A stretch of 64,000 bases of DNA from an uncultured bacterium (GTDB lineage Bacteria > Desulfobacterota_D > UBA1144 > Nemesobacterales > UBA2774), in assembly GCA_963825135.1 (NCBI GenBank), contig CAWGRW010000009.1, forward strand, positions 321,008 through 385,007, in the 5' to 3' direction. The position numbers and the translations under genes are program-made. Numbering within the stretch: position 1 is the first letter of the stretch; each line of letters opens with the position of its first letter. A model generated the notes under the pieces. It worked only from the letters and a program-made list of their open reading frames with translations, was not told where the DNA came from and did not search any database. Shown here one piece after another: positions 60,481 through 64,000 of the stretch.

Positions 60481-60821
60481 TGCGGTATCGTTTTTTTCCC
60501 GCCGCGGACAGGCGCCAGGACGAAATATGGGATTACACGCTCGAGAAATGGGGCGAGCAGAAGGCAGTTGAATACATACGCGGCATGCACGACGCGGTCT
60601 CGAAGGCCGCTGAAAATCCGCAGCTGCGGCGGAGGATGGAGCGCAAGGGGTTCGAAAAGGTTTTCTACATACGTTATGAGAAACACCTCATATTCTTTCG
60701 CCTCCTCTCGGGAGGGGTACTGGGTATAATCAGCATGCTGCACGAGCGGATGGACATTCCCGCCCGCCTGAGAGAAGACATCAAAGAAAACATTAAAACT
60801 CGAAAACGAGAGAATGAATAA
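60477..60821 (+). CDS. parE: Type II toxin, ParE/RelE family
   Basis: Start at 60477 (Met-38 of the ORF-track translation); motifs YRFFPAADRRQDEIWDYTLEKWGEQ, HLIFFRLLSGGVLGIISMLHERMD typical of ParE. Confidence 0.7.
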   Translation: MMRYRFFPAADRRQDEIWDYTLEKWGEQKAVEYIRGMHDAVSKAAENPQLRRRMERKGFEKVFYIRYEKHLIFFRLLSGGVLGIISMLHERMDIPARLREDIKENIKTRKRENE

Positions 60822-61725
60822 TTTCCTTATAATACTCTTCTACAAATTCGCCGAAATTGCCGACCCGGAGGGGTTTGCCGCCGGGCAGAGGGAATTCTGC
60901 AGTAAAGAAGGGCTCCTCGGCAAGTTACTCGTCGCGCGGGAAGGGATAAACGGCTCTTTTTCGGGGACAAGGAAGCAGATCGAAAGGTATCAGCGCTACC
61001 TCACGGGCATAGACGGGTTCTCGGATGTTAACTTCAAGGAAGAGACCGCCTTATTCCGCCCGTTCAAAAAGCTCATTGTGCGCGTGAAGAAGGAGATAAT
61101 ACGCATGGAGCGGGAGCTCGACATGAGCAGGAGGGGGAAGTACATCACACCCGAAGAGCTGCTGGCCTTATACGAGAGCGGCGAGGAGTTCATAATCCTC
61201 GACACCAGGAACAAATACGAATCGGACGTCGGCAGGTTCAGGAACGCCCTGACCGCGGACATCGATTCGTTCAGGGAATTCCCGGAAGCGCTCGAAGGGC
61301 TCCGCGATAAGAAGGACAGGAAGATCGTGACATACTGCACGGGCGGGATCAGGTGCGAAAAGGCCACGGCCTACATGATAAGCCTCGGATTCGAGGACGT
61401 GTATCAGCTGAAGGACGGTATCATCAGCTTCTGTCAGCAATACCCCGACACGCTCTGGGAAGGCAAGTGTTTCGTCTTCGACGAGAGGCTCGTCTCGGAC
61501 GTCGAGGCCGGGGGCGAGGTCATTTCGAGGTGCGCCCTCTGCGGAGAGAGCTCAGACCGCTACCAGAACTGCAGGAACACGGCCTGCGACGAGCTCGTGA
61601 TTTTGTGTCAAGAATGCAGCGACGCGAACGAAGGGTGCTGCTCCGGGGAATGCCTGGAAGAGTACAGGGCCTACAACCGCTTGAAGACACGCGAGAAGCA
61701 GGGGCGGAAATCGAGGACGGGCTGA
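60814..61725 (+). CDS. trhO: Rhodanese-domain tRNA uridine(34) hydroxylase TrhO (YceA/UPF0176)
   Basis: 303 aa; UPF0176 N-terminal domain, rhodanese active-site Cys (VTYCTGGIRCEKA), C-terminal Cys-rich region. Confidence 0.8.
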   Translation: MNNFLIILFYKFAEIADPEGFAAGQREFCSKEGLLGKLLVAREGINGSFSGTRKQIERYQRYLTGIDGFSDVNFKEETALFRPFKKLIVRVKKEIIRMERELDMSRRGKYITPEELLALYESGEEFIILDTRNKYESDVGRFRNALTADIDSFREFPEALEGLRDKKDRKIVTYCTGGIRCEKATAYMISLGFEDVYQLKDGIISFCQQYPDTLWEGKCFVFDERLVSDVEAGGEVISRCALCGESSDRYQNCRNTACDELVILCQECSDANEGCCSGECLEEYRAYNRLKTREKQGRKSRTG

Positions 61726-61865
61726 CGATACTCGGAACAAATCATCATCAAGCGGCTCGACATACTGTAAAACCCGGGACCGTCCGAATTTGAGTTTAGC
61801 AGGTTCGGAGGTTACAGGACGTACGCCCGCTCGTATACCCGCGGGCGCCCACCCGCCGCCCGCTC

Positions 61866-61955
61866 AGTCCTCTATGTTCCTCGCCTTCAAAAGAAGAAGC
61901 ACGACGAACGCCAGAAGAAATACCGCATATAAAAAAGGCGGAAGCAGATCCATGT
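61866..61955 (-). CDS. Possible 29-aa hydrophobic micro-protein (MDLLPPFLYAVFLLAFVVLLLLKARNIED)
   Basis: Short ORF with single TM helix just downstream of the isocitrate lyase gene on the same strand; not in ORF track (too short); speculative. Confidence 0.25.
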
Positions 61956-62045
61956 GTGACTGCATAATCCCTCCGTCGGAACCGGAATAAAACCCGGAGA
62001 CCCTCTATCTTAAAGGGCCTCCGTACCCGTTGATCTTTCTGCCCG

Positions 62046-64000
62046 TTATTTTTCTTTCCTCTTTCCCTTGGGCTTCGACTTTTTCGCGATGAAATTCTTC
62101 AGCTCCGCGAGGTCGGGCGCGAGCAGGTCCTTCACCCTCTCGGTGTTGACCCTGGCCACGATGATGTGGCCGATCTCGGTGTTGACCTCGTCGTATATCC
62201 CCATTGCTTTCATCCCCTGAGCCTGCTTCTGGTTGTCGTCGGTCGGGCTCACGTAGTGTACGGAGACCGCCTTGTACCTGTGTATCAGGAATATATGGAT
62301 GAGAGCCATGAGCCTCTTCTTGCGGAACTTGTCTTCGAAGGTATTCTGGTCCCTGATGGAAACGAAGTTGTTCCCCCAGCGGTCGTGTATGGTCGTGAAA
62401 ATCGCGTCGGCCACCTTGTTCCCGGCCTCATCGGATACCGTAAGCTCGAGGAGCTCCGAGCCCGAGGTATGCGGCCGGAGCTTTACGCTCAGGCGTCCCG
62501 GTATGCCGTAGTGCTCCGACCAGAGCTCGAACCAGTCCTCCAGAAGCCTGGGCGGGACCTCGGTTTCGACCAGGTGCTGCACCTGTGTCGAGCCCTTGCC
62601 CATCGCGACCGTGGTCGCCGTACGCCCGGAAGAAGCGGCGAGCGCTCCGTCCAGACGGGGCCCTCCGACGAGCGTCTGGGGGGTCCTGTACGGGGAGTCG
62701 AGCAGCCTCAGCTTCCTCTGGAGCCTCGCGAGTGCGAGCATGCCGTCCTGCTTGAGAGCCGTGGCGAACTCCTCAGCGGCGAGACCGTCTATCTGGTGGC
62801 CGCCGTAGGTGATGAAGTCGAAAACATATCCGAGCTTACCGATTTCCTTCGGGAAGTTCCTCATCTCTTCCTCGCTCATGCCCGTCGTGTCCCAGTTAAA
62901 GGACGGCGACAGGTTGTAGGCGAGCATCTTGTCGGGAAACTCCGCGTGTACGGCTTCCGCGAATTCCCTGGCTTCCTCGTAGTTTGCCGTTTTGGTTTCC
63001 ATCCATATTAAATCGGCGTAAGGGGCCACGGCGAGCGACTTCGCTATCGCGTATTCTATGCCGCCCTTTACCTGATAGTAGCCCTCGGGCGTCCTCGACA
63101 GCTCGCAGTCCCAGGGCGCCTCTATGCCCATATGCTTCGCCTTGTCCCTCGCGTGCTGGTAGGAGGCGTGTTTCGCGAATTCGAACCACTCCTCTATGGT
63201 CATCCCGAGGTTCCTGCCCTCTTCTATCGCGAACTCCATCTGCTCGGCGACCGCCTGGTCGTACGTCATAAGCCCGGATTCTACTTCCCAGGTCTCGACG
63301 AACTTGCTGGCCGCGTTCTCGAGCGGCTTGGTGATGCTCCTCTCCTTCCCTTCCTTGAGCGCCTGTATGCTCTTGTCGATAATAGGCGTGAGGCCCACCT
63401 TGTCGAACCACTCGTAGACCTCGTCGTACTCGGCGTCGGAGATATTGTAGAGCATAAAGCCGTTCACGTCCGTGATGCCCTTGTCGTAAAACCTCTTAAG
63501 AATCGCGAGATAACAGTTCTTGTATCCGGGTACGGTCGTGACGGTCGCTCCCAATATGAACGGCTGGTCGCGCTCGTCTCCCCTTCCGTCGAGGAGGTTT
63601 GCGGCCTCGGCGTCCGTACGGGCGACGATGATCCCCGGCACTTTCATAATGTCGAGCTGGAACCTCGCCGCGTTCAACCTCTTTATCTGCTCGTCAACAG
63701 GCACGAGCGCCTTCCCTCCCTGGTGGCCGCATTTCTTCGTGCCGGGCTTCTGGTCCTCTATGTGATACCCCGTCACGCCCGCTTCGACGAACCTCTTTAT
63801 GAGGTTCCTGACGTGGGCGTCTCCTCCGTGCCCCGTGTCGGCGTCGGCTATTATGAACGGCCTGTAATCGACCTTGGGAGTGGCCTTCCTCTCCTTCTCC
63901 GACATGCGCGACCTCATGAACTTCTGGTTCCGGTCGGCCGTGAGGAGCGCGCGGACGAGCCCTGCAGCCTCATCGGGCACCTGGCTCAGCGGATAGCTCG
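62046..64000 (-). CDS. aceA: Isocitrate lyase, long form with extra C-terminal domain (ICL2-like); 5-prime end lies beyond the window
   Basis: ICL signature KKCGHQGGK; TIM-barrel blocks ([19 protein letters not shown]); ~200-aa C-terminal extension; ORF open to window edge, so N-terminus truncated. Confidence 0.85.
   Translation of the reverse strand, partial: SYPLSQVPDEAAGLVRALLTADRNQKFMRSRMSEKERKATPKVDYRPFIIADADTGHGGDAHVRNLIKRFVEAGVTGYHIEDQKPGTKKCGHQGGKALVPVDEQIKRLNAARFQLDIMKVPGIIVARTDAEAANLLDGRGDERDQPFILGATVTTVPGYKNCYLAILKRFYDKGITDVNGFMLYNISDAEYDEVYEWFDKVGLTPIIDKSIQALKEGKERSITKPLENAASKFVETWEVESGLMTYDQAVAEQMEFAIEEGRNLGMTIEEWFEFAKHASYQHARDKAKHMGIEAPWDCELSRTPEGYYQVKGGIEYAIAKSLAVAPYADLIWMETKTANYEEAREFAEAVHAEFPDKMLAYNLSPSFNWDTTGMSEEEMRNFPKEIGKLGYVFDFITYGGHQIDGLAAEEFATALKQDGMLALARLQRKLRLLDSPYRTPQTLVGGPRLDGALAASSGRTATTVAMGKGSTQVQHLVETEVPPRLLEDWFELWSEHYGIPGRLSVKLRPHTSGSELLELTVSDEAGNKVADAIFTTIHDRWGNNFVSIRDQNTFEDKFRKKRLMALIHIFLIHRYKAVSVHYVSPTDDNQKQAQGMKAMGIYDEVNTEIGHIIVARVNTERVKDLLAPDLAELKNFIAKKSKPKGKRKEK

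Overview
High-GC (~58-60%) bacterial chromosomal segment with AT-rich intergenic regions, densely packed with housekeeping, regulatory and transport genes. The organism cannot be named from sequence alone; an IPTL-CTERM sorted protein and S53 and S33 peptidases hint at an environmental, probably uncultivated lineage. Identified content: a metal-homeostasis block (OmpR-type two-component pair, CDF exporter, CsoR/RcnR-type repressor with its palindromic operator), rsmG, trmI, pckA, glnE, priA, mgtA, ackA, ppk2, an isocitrate lyase (partial at the window end), several PAS/GAF hybrid histidine kinases, a cNMP-binding histidine kinase paired with an unusual REC-Trx-like-TrxR fusion protein, a parDE toxin-antitoxin pair, and three tRNA genes (Lys-TTT, Glu-TTC, Arg-CCT). 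Most unusual finding: both tRNA-Glu (array at 10074-10300) and tRNA-Arg (array at 47324-48233) are immediately followed by tandem arrays of ~85-90 nt units. Every unit ends with a copy of the shared tRNA 3-prime terminus (C)TCGGGGACGCA and contains a 7-bp hairpin. The hairpin stem sequence differs between units (caattgc, cggtttc, cgactgc, caattcc) while the loop TCACTTGYTC is conserved. That is a structured, tRNA-3-prime-end-seeded repeat family I cannot assign to any known element class (not CRISPR, integron attC, REP/BIME or type III TA). Second theme: at least seven genes (S33 peptidase, glnE, outer-membrane barrel, UvrD-helicase/nuclease, ppk2, S53 sedolisin, probably the thermonuclease N-terminus) are split by apparent single-nucleotide frameshifts. 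This points to indel errors in the assembly or to gene decay. Coordinates of split genes are given as merged spans.
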